A stretch of 64,000 nt of DNA from Chiloscyllium plagiosum (GCF_004010195.1 NC_057718.1:57998182-58062181); one strand, 5' to 3'. Shown: positions 1 to 13,373, counted from the first letter of the stretch. Program-made: numbers and translations. Notes: generated by a model not told the origin, from the letters alone.

Positions 1-1420
1 CCGCACCCAGGTCGCGACGTTCCGCCTTCAGACCTTGCAGTGATACTTTTACATCGAGCCTCCTCCTAGGTGGTGCGCCCTGGCGACGTATTTTTTCCGC
101 CAGGTGCGTAACCTCAACTACGACACGCAGCTTCTGTTCGTCGGCCGTGAGTTTGGAGGTCGCCCTCAATACACTGCCTGTCTTTTACCAGGACCTGATC
201 ATTGTCTGGAACATGGTCGAATCGCATCGCGCCTACCCTCTGGCAGGAGTAGCGGCTGTCGTCAGGGAGCCGTTGCTCAGGAATCCGCACCTCTGTACTC
301 GCTGGTTCAAGTGGCTGTCAGAGGGGAGGGCCGCGGCGGCGAGGGTGACCAGGGTCAGGGACGTGCTGGGTGCCGGGGGCCTGGGCTGGATGCTGCCGCA
401 GGACATAGCAGGCAGGGCAGCGGTAGACACCTGATATGTGGCCACCACCATCCGACGCCTTAAAACGGCGGTGCTCGGACCCGACGTAGTGCACCAGTTG
501 GAGGACGCTCAGGTGTGCGGTGGGATCCCATCTGCGCTCACCCCAGCCCGGACGGAATTTCACATTGGCCCCAAGGTCCCGTACTTCCCGCGGGAGCCTG
601 TGCCCCACAACCTGAGCCGCCTCCGGAATGTTAGTTTTGTCCCTTTTTAAGGACGTAAAAAGGTGGGCCCTGTATAGACTGCTGCTGCACACCGACCACC
701 TCTTCTCCCTCATCCACCGTCCGCACACGCCTTGACGTGCCCATTTGCCACCGGGCGGTGGGGATCCCCAGTGGAGGGCTCTCTACGTGGGAGTCCTCCC
801 CCTTTCTCTCGGGGATCTGGGGTGGAGGGTGCTGCACGCAGCAGTCCCCTGCAACCGCAGATTGCAGTGGTTCACGGCCTCCCAGCCCAACTGCTTGTTC
901 TGTGGAGTCCGTGGACCACGTGTATATTGGGTGTGGGCGTTTGCACTCCCTTTTTGATTTTCTCAAAAACCACCTCCTCTGCTTTTGGTTGCACTTCAGT
1001 CCCGCGCTCCTGATCTTCGGGCACTCGGTACGGAGGAAGGAGGGCAGGTCTGACGACCTCCTTGTGGGTCTGATCCTGGGCCTGGCCAAACTGGCCATAA
1101 AGAGGTCCAGGCAGCGGGCTGTGGAGGGGGTTATTAGGGCTGAGTGTCTGCCCGCCTTCTGCAGTTACATTAGAGCCCGGGTGTCCCTGGAGAAGGAGCA
1201 CGCTGTGTCCACCAACACCCTTGAGCTGTTCAGGGGAAGGTGGCGCCGCAGGGAGTGGAGTGTATTATTTCCCCCTCCAAGTCTATTTTGATTTAGTCCC
1301 TACCCTCCCCTTCACTGTTTGATCACACAGCATTGCCCTTTGATGTGAAGGGCAGTGCTTGTCACAGGCCACTCGGGTGTTTCCTTTCTTCCTGGTGGTG
1401 GAAATTGAATAAAAAAAAGA
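1..1420 (+). mobile_element. Tx1-clade non-LTR retrotransposon, 3' part of ORF2 (disrupted), 3' UTR and A-tail
   Basis: GC/CpG-rich. Frameshifted peptides WRALY..LGDLGWRVLHAAVPCN..CLFCG / ESVDHVYIGC..LLIFGH..LAKLAI form a typical Tx1/L1 C-terminal CCHC region. Stop near 1291; AATAAAAAAAA at 1408-1418. Confidence 0.88.
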
Positions 1421-1550
1421 CCAGGGGTGTCAGACATCCTGTTCTCTCTAAGAGTTGGCTCTGAGGGAACTGGATCAGTGTCAAGGACTCTCCACATGTA
1501 AATAAATGGTGGCTTGGTGATGAGTTACAGGCCTCTGGGGAGTTATTTCA
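1421..1550 (+). mobile_element. 3' part of a Gypsy-type LTR
   Basis: Contains AATAAA and ends TTATTTCA. Similar in layout and sequence to the LTR at 63268-63455 that follows a PPT. Confidence 0.55.
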
Positions 1551-1589
1551 GATTGGAGAATGTATAGTTTTAGGATCCTATTTTCAAAG

Positions 1590-1672
1590 TTTAAAAATCA
1601 CACAACACCAGGATATAGTCCAAGTTTATTTGGAAGCACTAGCTTTTGGAGTGGTGCTCCTTCATCAGGTTC
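1590..1672 (-). mobile_element. Penelope-like pLTR fragment with decayed hammerhead motif
   Basis: Minus strand reads CTGATGAaGGAGcaccaCTCC-aAAAGCTAgtg (GAAA mutated to AAAA). Same family as 14498-14615 and 37187-37330. Confidence 0.7.
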
Positions 1673-1679
1673 CCCCACA

Positions 1680-1890
1680 TTAAAACTGTACAAGGTAAAA
1701 GTGAGGCCCCACCTGAAACACTGGACAGTTTTGATCCTTTTTATCTAAAGAAAAATATGCTGCTATTAGAGGCAGTGCAGAGAAAGTTCAGTAAAGTGAT
1801 AGTGGTATGGAGGGACACTTTTATGAGGAGACGTTGAGCAAGTTGGGCCTCTATTCATTGGAATTTAGAACAATGAGAGGTGACCTTCTA
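1680..1890 (+). mobile_element. CR1 LINE ORF2 C-terminal fragment
   Basis: LYK..VRPHL...; LLEAVQRKF; LGLYSLEFR..RGDL motifs. Confidence 0.75.
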
Positions 1891-1892
1891 CT

Positions 1893-2571
1893 TCAGATCC
1901 TGCACCTTCTGGTCTTCCAGTAACATCCCTTTGAGGCGCATGAGAGAAGGTGATGTTGGTCCTTGTCAGATTGTTCCCTGAGCAGCTCTGTTAAAGTCAG
2001 AACCTTCAAACAAGTACCAAGATGTAGCTTGGCTGATGGTGAGAAGGGCCCAACCACCTGAAAAATTTCCTTGGCACCACAGGAATGAACCATTGCAAAA
2101 TCAGGATTGGGAAAAAATGCATTGGCTTTTGCCAATGTTCATCCAAATAGTGGCTGAACACTGCACTACATGAGGTGTTTCCAGGAACAGGTACTGAGGT
2201 AAACATCAGCTGCAGTTGGAGAACAATCAGATCAGTGAAAGATGCTTTTTCTTGATTACGGTTCAAAACTATTTAGTTTGAAAATAAAAAGGGAAGATCC
2301 AAAAATAAATTGTCTTCCTTTTCAAAAGATGTTGAATGACCTTTCATTCTGCCGTGTATCATGTTTGCATTTGGCACAAAGATACTCTTTAACCTGCCCA
2401 AAACCCATTGATCTTCCAGTGGAAAGGGTTGTGTGTGACCATGTGTTGCAGACTGGCACAATCCAAGGTCCAGGATTACATTCTGTGGAACACACTATAG
2501 TTTGGGGGCAGCAGTCACAAAGGCACAATGGGGAAAGTCCCTTAAGTAAACTGAGGCTGTGGAAGATGTGA
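1893..2571 (+). mobile_element. Old, degenerate Tx1-like ORF2 3' fragment
   Basis: 1998-2050 (cagaaccttcaaacaagtaccaagatgtagcttggctgatggtgagaagggc) aligns with 13762-13813 of the Tx1 copy. Confidence 0.55.
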
Positions 2572-3149
2572 AAACCCCTCAGGCTAGAGGTTTGACTTGT
2601 AATCAACATTGTAAATATTGACTGTGACTGTAGATGTTATGAGTAACACACAGCATTGGAAGAAACTGATTTGTTCTTCACATTACACGACAGTCAAAAG
2701 TTGACATAACATAATGTACTTGACAAATTTTATAAATGAAATATATTTACGAGAAAAGAAACATTTAACTGCTGGAAGCAGCCGGGGAAATTGAATCTGG
2801 CAGCTCATTGTGACCCTTAGTTATGGTTCTGAAAATGAATTATAGTCCGTTTTTAACTGCATAATCCTTTGCCAACTGAAGTGCTGGGAGAAACCTCATT
2901 GAATTGAGAAAAAGGAGCCCAGATGTTCCCATGCGCATTGATACTGGGCACATTGCTGTGTTGCCTGCAAAAACTTCTCAGACCTGGCTTTTTTTGTGAC
3001 TTTTTTTTTAGTTGGAATTTCAAGTACTGGCTGCAGCAGCGATGGGTCAGAGCATCACCGTGAGAATGGACATGAACTGGATTGACTGCCATATTCAGGT
3101 AAACTTTGAAAGGTCTCAAATACTTTTTTGTAGGTTGGTTGCTGGGTGA

Positions 3150-3300
3150 TTGCAAGGGTGCATGAGTGGATGAATGCGTGCGGGTGGGTGGGTAAGTGAA
3201 TGAATGTGTATATCAGTGAAGGGGTGGGTGAGTGTTTGAGTGGGTGTGTGCCAGGTGATGAATATGTGAGGAGTGTGTGAATGATTGATTGAATGGGGAA
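3150..3300. repeat. Degenerate GT-rich simple repeat (gggt/gagt/gaat)n
   Basis: Directly visible low-complexity run. Confidence 0.6.
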
Positions 3301-3699
3301 ACTGATGGTGTTGGAGGTAGTGGGTGGGAGAGTTTAGTCAGATCTAGCAGTAGTCAGGTTAGGTAAGATGGTAGTCAGCTCAGGTGCGGGTAACTGAATT
3401 AGATAAAGAAATGTTTTGTGAGGGCCATTTCTGGTGCACAGTTCAGTTGTCTAATCATTGAGTTAGAGTAGACGTTACCCAATGTAATACCTCCAGGGTA
3501 AATATCCAGTTAAGTCTGATAGATCGGATATTGAGTTCATAGCAGGATACTTTTGAAAAGGATCTGCGGCAGTGCAAATCAGTCCATCAAAAGTTGCAAC
3601 TTCTCACAATTTTAGCATGTGTGTCCACCTGGACTTAGTGGAAGATTCATATCAGTGAGAGACTGACACGAAACTAACTTGGAATTACTGTCAAAAGGA

Positions 3700-4050
3700 A
3701 AGGCAATAACCTAGTGGTATTATCACTGGACTGTTGATCCAAAGATCCAGGTAATGTTCTGGAACCCAAGTTTTAATCCTGCCATGGCAGATGGTGAGAT
3801 TTATATTCAATAAAAATCTGGAATTGAGTCTAAAGAAGATCATGAATCCATTGCCAATTGTCAGAATACCCCCATTTGGTTCTCTAATGTTCTTTAGGGA
3901 AGGAAACTGCCATCCTTACCTGGTGTGGACTACATGTGACTCCAGACACACAGCAACGTGGTTGACTCTTAACTACCTCCTGGGATGGGCAATAAATGCT
4001 GGCCTCCCCCACCGATGCTCTCATCCCATGAATGAAGAAAACAAAAAAAA
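3700..4050 (+). mobile_element. tRNA-derived SINE with conserved core (possibly MetaSINE-like) and LINE-derived tail
   Basis: Core ctaatgttctttagggaaggaaactgccatccttacctgg..gtgactccagac. Tail ggcaataaatgctggcc..cccatgaatgaa is shared with the LINE end at 15400-15460. Second copy at 51450-51835 (-). Confidence 0.65.
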
Positions 4051-4108
4051 GTCATCGAGACATAAACTTCTTACAAAAGGAAACAGTTGATGCAGTTGTG
4101 TTGTATCT

Positions 4109-4387
4109 TAGAATCAGAGAATCCAAACAGTGTGGAAGCAGGCCATTCAGCCCATCGAGTTCACACCAACCATTCGAACAGCAACAAACCCAGACCCACC
4201 CCATCCTGGTAACCTTCCGTTCCCCATGGCCGATCCACCTAACCGGCACATCTTTGGACTAAGAGGAAACGCTTTATAGACACAGGGAGAATCTGTAAAC
4301 TCCATACAGACTTCACCCAAGAATGGAATTAAACCTGGGTCCCTGACTCTGTGAGGCAGCAGTGCTACCACTGAGCCATCATGTCAC
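4109..4387 (-). mobile_element. HE1-like V-SINE
   Basis: tRNA-like head with B-box remnant, V core and CR1-like tail; aligns with 12490-12788 and 23814-24108. Confidence 0.8.
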
Positions 4388-4769
4388 TTCTTTGCAACAG
4401 CAACTTATCTTGTCTTATTATTTCACTTTTCTCCTCAGCAACACAAATACTTCCTCTTCAGGTGATTTTCAATTCCTTTTTAAAAACTTTGACTGAATCT
4501 GCCTCCATCACACTCTGTCAGTGTGTTCCAGACCCAGGCTAACTGTCAAAAAATCTTTCCTGTTGTCTTTGACTTGAGGAAAGATTTTATAAATTAATTT
4601 GTAAAGAGGATTAAGGGCTAGTCTAATTGAGGTGATTAAGATGATTAAACTATTTGATATGGTTGATTTGAGAGAGCCCATCGCTTCTGGGGAAAGACTG
4701 AAGAGGGCAGCATGACCTAAAACCTAGAGCCAGATAATTCAGGGATGAGGTCAAGGCATTTAACATGGT

Positions 4770-7260
4770 TACACGCCAGAGAATACTGAGAGGCTCAGCA
4801 ATCTAACTTCAGACACAGCATATAAGGGGACAACTATGGGAAAAGGGGCAGACAACATAGGATTGAGGGTATTGTATTTAAATACCTGCAGTATACAAAA
4901 CTAAGTAAATGAGCTTGTAGCACAGATTGAAACTGGCATGTACAAATGGGCATCACAGAGACATGGCTGGAAGGGAATCAGGGGTGGGAATTAAATATCC
5001 AAGGAAACACATTGTTTTGAATGGACAGGCAGATAGGCAGAGGGATCAGGGTTCCCTTGTTAGTAGGAAATGAAATTAAATCGATAGCAAGAAGTGATTA
5101 TAGAGTCGGAAGGTATGGAATCTGTGTGGCTAGAGTTGAGGTTATGCACAGTTAAAAGGACTCTGATGGAAGTTATGCCCAGGCCGCTTACCAGTAGTCG
5201 GGATGTGGGGAAAAAAGTAAATCAGGAGATAGACATGTAAGAAAGGCATTATTGCAATAATCGTGGGGGACTTCAATATGCAGGTGGACTGGGAAAATCA
5301 GGTTGGTAACAGATCCCAGGAAAAATAATTTGTAGAATGTCTGAGATGGTTTATTTTAGAGCAGCTTGTAGTAGACTCTGAAACAGGCAGTTCTAGATGT
5401 GGCGATGTGTAATGAGGTTGACATGATTAAGGAGGTTAAAGTGAAGGAACCCCTAGGGGGCAGTGACCATAATGTGATAGAATTCAGCCTGCAGTTCGAG
5501 GGAGAAGCTGTATTACTATTGAATAAACAAAGACATGAGGGAGGAGCTGTCCAGAGTTGATTGGAAGGGAAGCCTATCAGTGGAGTAGCAATGGCAGGAG
5601 TTTCTGGAGTAATTAAGGAGGCATAGCAGAAATTCATCCCAAGAAAGAAGAAACATTCTGGGGAGAGGAAGAGTCAACCATGCCTGACAAGGGAAGTTAA
5701 TGTAAAAGCAGAAGAAAAAGAAAAGGCATATAATGTGATGAAGATTAGTGAGAAACCTTTAAAAACCAGCAGAGGATAACTAAAATGAATGTGAGGAGAA
5801 GGTGAAATATGAGGGCAAGCTAGCTTCTAATATTAGAGAGAAGGAGGTTGAGAGGTGACTTAATTGAGACATATAAGATAATCAGAGTTAGATAGCATGG
5901 CCATTGAGAGCCTTTTTCCTTGAATGATGATGGCTAACACGAGGGGGCATAGCTTCAAATTGAAGGGTGATTGATAGTTTCTTTACTCAGAGTAGTAGGA
6001 GTGTGGAACACACTGCCTGCAACAGTAGTAGATTCTCCAACTCTAAGGGCATTTAAATGGTCATTGGTTAGACATATGGATGAAAATGGAATAGTGAAGG
6101 TTAGATGGGCTTCAGATTGGTTTCACAGGTTGGCACAACATCGAGGGCCGAAGCTCTGTACTGTGCTATAACGTTCTATGTAATGTAAAAGAAGATTGCA
6201 AGAATTTTTTTTAGGTAAGAGAGAGGCAAGAATGGACAACAGACAATTGGAAAATAAGGCTGAAGAAGTAGTAATAGGAAACAAAAATGACAGGAACTGA
6301 ATAGGTACTTTGTATTAGTCTTCACAGTGGAAGATACCAGTACAACAGAACTTTAAGACAGTCAGGGAGCAGAGGTGAGTGTAGTGGTCCTCACTAAGGA
6401 GAACATATGGGGAAATAGAAAGGACTGAAGGTAGATAAATCACCCAGACTGGATGGACTAAACCACAGGATTCTGAAGGAGACAGCTGTGGACCTTCTGG
6501 AGGCATTGATGGTGATCATTCAGGAATCCCTGCAGTCAGGGAGGGTCATGGAGGATTGGAAAGTGATGAATTTAACACCAATTTAAGAGGGGAGTATTTA
6601 AAAGTGCTTGGTAAAATAGATCTGATTCAGCATGGTTTTGTCAAGGGGAGGTCATGCCTGACAAATCTGTTAAAATTCTTTGAGGTGGCAATGAGAAGTT
6701 AGCCAAAGGAGAGACAGTGGACATGGTTAACTTGGACTTCCAGAAGGCTTTTGACACAGAAGGCTGTGAAATAAGATAAGAACCCATGGTGTTAGGAGCA
6801 AGGCACTAACATGGACAGAGGATTGTCTGACAGGCAGAAGGCAAAGAATGGGGATAAAGGGGTCTCTTTCAGGATGGCAGCCAGTGGGGTTTTGCAGGGG
6901 TCTGTAAAATGACACAACTATTCACATTATACATTAATGATCTGGATGAAAAAACGGAGGGCATTGTTATTAACTTTGCAGAGGACACCAATACAGATGG
7001 AGGGACAGATAACATCAAGGAAGTAAGAAGTCTGCAGAAGGACTTGGATAGGCTGGGAAGGTGGGCGAGGAAGTGGCAGATAGAATGTGGGAAAGTGTGC
7101 TGTTATGCACTTTGGTGTGAGGAATAGAGATGTAGACTATTTTCTCAATGGGGGAAAGATTTTGGAAATCTGAAGCACAGAAGAACTTGAGGAATCATAG
7201 TTTAGGATTCCCTGACATTTAACAGTAGGTTCAGTTGCAGTTAGGAAGACAAATGTCTTT
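4770..7260 (+). mobile_element. Degenerate CR1 LINE ORF2 (APE endonuclease and RT) with a nested younger CR1 3' fragment at about 5835-6180
   Basis: GITETWL, GDFN, LGGSDHN (APE). QHGFVKGRSCLTNLL, LDFQKAFD, YINDLD, FAEDT (RT). Nested piece ends in a gttctatg tail. Confidence 0.88.
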
Positions 7261-7518
7261 TATCATTCGGTCTCATGACTTTTGCAGGAAAGGGGACCAG
7301 AAAGCTGCAACACTATCCACAAATACCTGCTTAGACTAGGGCAATTAAAAATGTCAAAACTCAGTGATAGATTTTGGTTAGGTAAGAGGTATTAAAGACA
7401 ATGCGGAAATTTTGATGTGTCAATTAAAGGAGACCATTGCTTGTTAAATGCCTTATTAATGCTCTCCATAACCAACGTGGGTAGGTAGAGTGAAGATATA
7501 GGATATAGATCAACCGTG

Positions 7519-8357
7519 CAGAAACTGAGGTCTGCAGATGATGGAGATCAGAGTAAAAGCACAGCAGGTCAGGCAGCATCCGAGGAGCAGGAGAATTGAC
7601 GTTTCGGGCATAAGACTTAACAAATCACACTCCCCTCTTGGCACCTTCCCCTGCCACTGCAGGAATTGCAAAACCTGTGCTCACACCTCCCCACCCCACA
7701 CACCTCCAAAGGAGCCTCCCACATCCATCAGCATTTCACTTGCACTTCCACACATGTTATTTAATTGTATCCGTTACTCCCAATGTGGTCTCCTCTACAT
7801 TGGGGAGGTTGGACGCTTTCTTGCAGAGCACTTTAGAGAACATCTCTGGGAACACCCGCACCAATCAAGCCCACTGGCCTGTGGCCGAGCACTTCAACTC
7901 CCCCTCCCACTCTGCTGAGGACATGCAGGTCCTGGGCCGCCTCCACCTCCACTCCCTCACCACCCGACGCCTGGAGGAAGAATGCCTTATCTTCTGCCTC
8001 TGAACCCTTCAACCCAGGGCATTAATGTGGACTTCACCAGTTTCCTCATTTCTGCACCACCTCCCGCCCCAATTCCAACCTTCCACCTCAGCACCATCCT
8101 CACAACCTGTCCCACCTGTCAATCTTCCTTCTCACCTATCTGCTCCACCCTCCTCTCTGACCTGCACCTTTACCCCCACCTCCATTCACCTATTGCACTC
8201 TTAGCTGCCTTCTTCCTAGCCCCACCACCATCTTATTTTTCTCTCCACCCCCAAGGCTCCCAGCCTCATTCCTGATAAAGGACTTATGCCCAAAACTCGA
8301 GTCTCCTGCTCCTCGGATGCTGCCTGACCTGTGCTTTTCTTGCAGCACACTCTCAAC
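7519..8357. mobile_element. Penelope-like element with GIY-YIG fragment and inverted pLTR arm, 15-bp TSD
   Basis: + strand encodes C..CKTC and CIRYSQCGLLYIGE..FREHL..PVAEHFNSPSH. 7519-7615 is an inverted copy of the 8280-8357 terminus. TSD tatagatcaaccgtg (7504-7518) / tataaatcaaccgtg (8358-8372). Confidence 0.88.
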
Positions 8358-9859
8358 TATAAATCAACCGTGGTCTAGCTCACAGATTATTGAACACCTT
8401 TTGCCTGAAAGAATCCTTTTGAAATGCATTAGAGTGAACCCACCTCTCACCACACACCACTGTCCCACACCTATCCAAATTATAATACTGTATCAATATT
8501 TATGACATTAAAATGCAGCAATTAAGAGTGTTTTAAGGAAATGTGTGTAGTGACAGATTCCAGTGAGGTATGTGTGGGTGTTTCTTACTGCAGATTTCAT
8601 TTTTTTTCTGGGGAGATGTTTACCACGCATGACTCCTGCCTTTCTACCATTTACGTCATGCTGATCTGACTATTACTTTCCCATTATTTCCCAGACCCAC
8701 TGGGATATTTCTGTACCTGCCCAGAATTTTGTTAATTCCAGTTTGAGACCTGAGGTTTGGGGAGCTAACTGCTCTGCTCCTGTTCCTATGTAGCATCTGC
8801 ATTGTAATAATAAAACTTCATGGAATTGGGCAAACATCTATTCAGTTTCAGGAGTTAGTTTTATGCTTATTTATATGAAATTATGTAATATTATAAAAAT
8901 ATCTGCATGTACAAAACAAATGGCAAATTTTCACATTAAGCTGGAGTGCCATTTATTTCTTCTTGGTGGTCTTGACGATAAACAACAATGAATTGAAATA
9001 GGCCCATACCACCACCAGCAGGAAAGTATTGGAACTGCAAGTATACCAATTAAAATAGTGGTCCATTGGTCAAGGTGAAGGGATGGCCATGTTCATTCAG
9101 ATATATTTGCAGGGTTCTGGTGGGGATGTAGGTGACTGCTTTTGGATGAATAATAACTATCACTTCTCATCAAATTGTATGAGCTTTATATACTACCGCT
9201 CACAAGATAGATTTACTATCCTCTCCTCTTTCAGGGTAGGTGTCTACAGGGTTTGCTTGTCTTAGTGTGGTAGAGGGAAATCACTTAGAGGACTAAGGAC
9301 AAAAAGCTTGTGTCTCAAACAAGATGTATTTTACTGCTCAATTGTTGCTATATTGAAGTTACAATGATGTGATGGTTATTGCTAAATTTAAAGAAGAGAT
9401 AGATGGATTTTAATTCATCATGGGTTGAAGGGTAATGGTTAGCAGGCAGGATAGTGGAGTTAAGGCTAAGATGAGTTCAGGTTTGATTATATTATAATGT
9501 TGGAGCAGGCTTGAGGGCCTGAATAATCTATTCCTGCTCCTTGCTGTTATATTACAGAGACAATGAGACCTGCTAGGTCTGCTTCCTTCAATATCTTACA
9601 TTTTTCTCCCACAAAACAATTGTCATTGTGGTTTAAGGCACACCACCCCCCCCCCCCCCCACAAGTGTTTTCCTTTCAGTATTAATATTGACATAACTGA
9701 GTGCATTTTAACATTTACCTCGATGCCATCTCTGTCTGAGTCTCTAGCTTCACAAATTCAGTGTTTGGAGGTTTCACTATCATCTGGAATGTGTTCTCTT
9801 TGGTTCACCTATGATCTGAGCATTATTGATTCTTTTTCTATTCTTGACAATGATAGCCA

Positions 9860-10220
9860 GAAGTCTCTCTTACTTATTCTCACAGAGTTCAGACAATAGT
9901 GAGCAAATGATCTGCAGTAAGATGAGGTTTCCGCAGTTCCGTCATTTAACACCTTTGCTATACAAACAACAACGAACTGCTGCTGGTCTGCAGCTCCTGA
10001 ATGACCAAATCTTTCCTGTCATGGTATCACATTCAGAATATTGTCCTTTGTTTCATTCATCTCTCATGGTGGCATCCATTACAGTGTGTGGCCTGCTGTC
10101 TGTGTGGTAGGGCTCTTCCTTCCTACATACTATCGATAGTCCCACAGGTGTCCAAATAGAGTCAACATCTTTGGTCAGGTAAGTAGTTGAATCTTCAGCT
10201 TTCTTCCCATAGACCATCCT
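9860..10220 (-). mobile_element. Possible old RTE-type LINE 3' remnant
   Basis: Weak resemblance to the RTE C-terminus (RP..YKD..KRD-like, terminal Cys/His region); heavily decayed. Confidence 0.3.
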
Positions 10221-10349
10221 GGACTTGGGTGGGTCGTTTAGTTAGTTTAGTTTAGTTAGCAAGAAGTAAGCATTTTTCTAATGAAGAAACTGTTCTGACC
10301 TCATGCTCTACTTGCCCATTCAATTGTAGAGAAAAATTGGAGAAGGCTA

Positions 10350-10800
10350 TAAATATATTCCACCAATCCCATCTGCTTTGATGACCTCTTATGCGGACGT
10401 TTATCAAAAACCTTCTGAAAATCCAAGTACACTGCATCCACTCATTTCCCTCATCTATTCTACCAGTGACATTCTCAAAAAACTCCAGTAGGTATGTCAA
10501 AACTTTTCACAAATCCATGTTGATTTTGTGTAATACTCTTCATATCCTTAAGTATTCTGCTATCACATCCTTTACAATGGACTTCAACATTTTTCCTACC
10601 ACCGATGTTAGGTGTACTAGTCTGTAGTTCCTCCTTCTCCTTCCTAAAACATTTGCCACCCTTCAGTCTTTAGGGAATGATTCGGAATCTACAGAAATTT
10701 TGACGACGACAACAAGTGCATCCACTATTTCCATAGCCACCTCCTTTAGTATCCTGGTGTGTAGATTATCAGGCTCTGGGGAGTTTATCAGCTTTAAATC
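10350..10800 (-). mobile_element. CR1 RT fragment
   Basis: QHGF..TYLLEFFENVTGRIDEG..VYLDFQK on the minus strand. Confidence 0.75.
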
Positions 10801-10880
10801 TCATTACATTTTCATCTTTCTTTTTACTAGTACTAAAGTCCTTCACAAAAGACCCTTGCTCCCTAACACTTTTGTGAAGT

Positions 10881-11576
10881 TATAGAGTCATAGAGTCGTA
10901 GAAACAGAACAGCACAGAAACAGACCCTTCAGTCCAACTTGTCCATGCCAACCAGATATCCGAAATTTATCTCTTCCCATTTCTCAGCATTTGGTATATA
11001 TCCCTCTAAGCCCTTCTATTCATGTACCCATCCAGATGCCTTTTAAATGTTTTAATTGTCTCTACCACCTCCTCTGGTAGACCACAGCAGTTCGGGCAGC
11101 ATCTGAGGAGCAGTAAAATCGATGTTTCGGGCAAAAACGTCGATTTTACTGCTCCTTGGATGTTGCCTGAACTGCTGTGCTTTTCCAGCACCACTCTAAT
11201 CTAGACTCTGGTTTCCAGCATCTGCAGTCATTGTTTTTACCCACGTCCTCTAGTAGCTCATTCCACACACGTACTACCCTCTGCATGAAAGTATTGTCCC
11301 TCAGATCCCTTAAATCTTTTCCCTCTCACCTAAAACCCATGCCCCCTCGTTTTGGACCTCTCCACCCTGCAGATAAGACCTTGGCTATTCACTCTATCCA
11401 TGCCCCTCATGATTTTATAAACCTCTGTTAGGTCACCCTTCAGCCTCTGACACTCTAGGAAAATAGCCCCAGACTATTCAGCCTCTCCCTATAGCTCAAA
11501 CTTAAACCCTTTCAACTTTCACAACATCTTTCTCGTAGCAGGGAGACCAAAATTGAATGTAGTATTCCAAAAGTGA
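10881..11576 (-). mobile_element. HER1-like CR1 3' end, interrupted by a Penelope-like insertion
   Basis: (ctctatga)n tail and FKRHLDGYMNR motif on the minus strand. Confidence 0.85.
11081..11240. mobile_element. Short inverted Penelope-like pLTR insertion, 16-bp TSD
   Basis: Two opposing arms meet near 11132. TSD ccacctcctctggtag (11065-11080) / ccacgtcctctagtag (11241-11256). Confidence 0.82.
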
Positions 11577-12130
11577 CAGGTGAAGAAGTGGTGCTAAAAA
11601 GTAAGCCTCACACAGTTAGCAAGGAGAGATCACATCCAAAGTGAGACACAGCCCAAGACAAAGTAAAGCAAAGGATCAGGGATCCAGCACAAAAAAGAAT
11701 CCCATCACTTTGTACTGTAAGTTCATTGGTTGGTGATAGTAAGTAATTTGACTATTGTAGGTTCCTTTCAGATTGAAGGTGAATAGGGGAAAGATTTACA
11801 GGTTATAAACTAAAAGAAGTCTGTTTTTTAAAAGAATTCAGAATTAAGTAATTGTTCACGTCTTCTGTAAATACCGAAGTTCATGTTTTAGACACTTTGA
11901 CCAGTTTATGTATTAAAAATACTTTACCCAAGTGTTTTTGACAGTGAGGAAGATAGAGGGCAATAATATTTGCTTTGTAGTTCAACTGGATTTTATTACC
12001 AAGCACTGTCAGTGTTATGTGTGGCACAGGTCTGGCCTATTTCGAGAATCTGTGCTGTCTCAGTCACCCGGGCCATCTTCCATTTTATATGGAGATCAGA
12101 GATGGACCGGGTCCGAAGGGACTCAATGTA

Positions 12131-13373
12131 CAGTGGTGCCTCGGAATCTGGCTTTAATTTGTTCCAGAAGGCTGTTCCGATTGCAAAAGGTTTGGATTCT
12201 GAAACTATTTTCCCCATAAGAAATAATGGAAAGTGAATTAATCTGTTTCTGGACCCAAAAACAAACATTTTCAAGACCTGCTTAACTGCAAACACACATG
12301 GTTAAGGTAAAATAAGATGAGTTAATGACCTAAATATCAAGTAATAATAATAAAAACAAGAAATAAATGTACTAACATGAAAATAACTTCATTTACCTTA
12401 GTGAGGAGTGCTAATGGTGCATGTGGAAGCTGGAGAAGAGGAAGGAGGGAGAGGGTTTACTGTTTGGAAGGTGAGTCACCTTCCATAATAGATTGGATTA
12501 GATTACTTACAGTGTGGAAACAGGCCCTTCGGCCCAACAAGTCCACACCGACCCACAACCCCTATATTTTACCCCTTCGCCTAACACTACGGGCAATTTA
12601 GCATGGCCAATTTGCCCAACCTGCACATTTTTGGACCGTGGGAGGAAACCGGACCATCCGGAGGAAACCCACGCAGACACGGGAAGAATGTGCAAACTCC
12701 ACACAGTCAGTCACCTGAGGCGGGAATTGGACCCTGGTCTCTGGGCTGTGAGGCAGCAGTGCTAACCACTGTGCCACCATGTCACCATCATGTAACTGTG
12801 CTTCTGCTGTTTGCTCTCTTTGTCTCTTCATTCTCGTAACACTAAGACCACTTGTAGAGGGCTGGGGCTCACTGGACTGGCTTTTGTTAGAGAACCACCT
12901 TTCCAAAGTTGTCGGGTGTTGGCGACTTGTCTGAATTTTTCTAAAGTGGTCAATCACATTGTCATTGAAGATGTTTTTGCTCCTGTTAACCACTGCCTTG
13001 TTAGGATGCCACTTTTCAACAATGGCCTGCGTTTTCTTCAACTCAATTGTCGTTCTCACGGACTTCCTCTTACTCTTACTTGCTTCACTGCTCTTCTTGG
13101 GTGCCATGTTGAATGCACAAGGGTGATAATTTTTTTTAAAAAACCAGCACAAATCAAGGTGAAAACACAAGGTAAACTAGTGATGGACACACGAGAGATG
13201 CTTTCATGACTACTTCCCGGCACAAACTGAACAAACAGTGTGCGACCTGAACTTTACGTGGTGTTCGGATTCTGAAAATGTGTTTGGGTTTTAGGGCAAA
13301 ATTTTCTCGAAATAATTGTTCGGATTCCAATTTGTTCGTACAATCGGGCGTTCGGATTCCAGGGTCAGCACTG
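12131..13373 (-). mobile_element. Internally deleted Tigger/pogo DNA transposon
   Basis: Termini cagtggtgcctcggaatc and (reverse complement) cagtgctgaccctggaatc, each flanked by TA (12129-30, 13374-75). Minus-strand ORF fuses the Tigger N-terminus (MAPKK..RTTIELKK) to a TIGD1-like C-terminus (VEKWHPNKAVVNR..FNDN..HFRKI). Confidence 0.85.
12490..12788 (-). mobile_element. HE1-like V-SINE inserted in the Tigger element
   Basis: A/B-box head, V core and (tctaa)n-type tail. Confidence 0.9.

Noticed and set aside
2860..3660. Possible non-autonomous DNA element around the GT-rich repeat
   Set aside because: Could not define TIRs or a TSD.
8940..9130. Minus-strand hydrophobic peptide (WTTILIGILAVPIL) resembling an env or membrane-protein tail
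   Set aside because: Short, with stops upstream, no splice support and no recognisable family motif.
11580..12000. LTR-like segment upstream of the Tx1 copy
   Set aside because: No clear TG..CA ends, PBS or second copy in the window.
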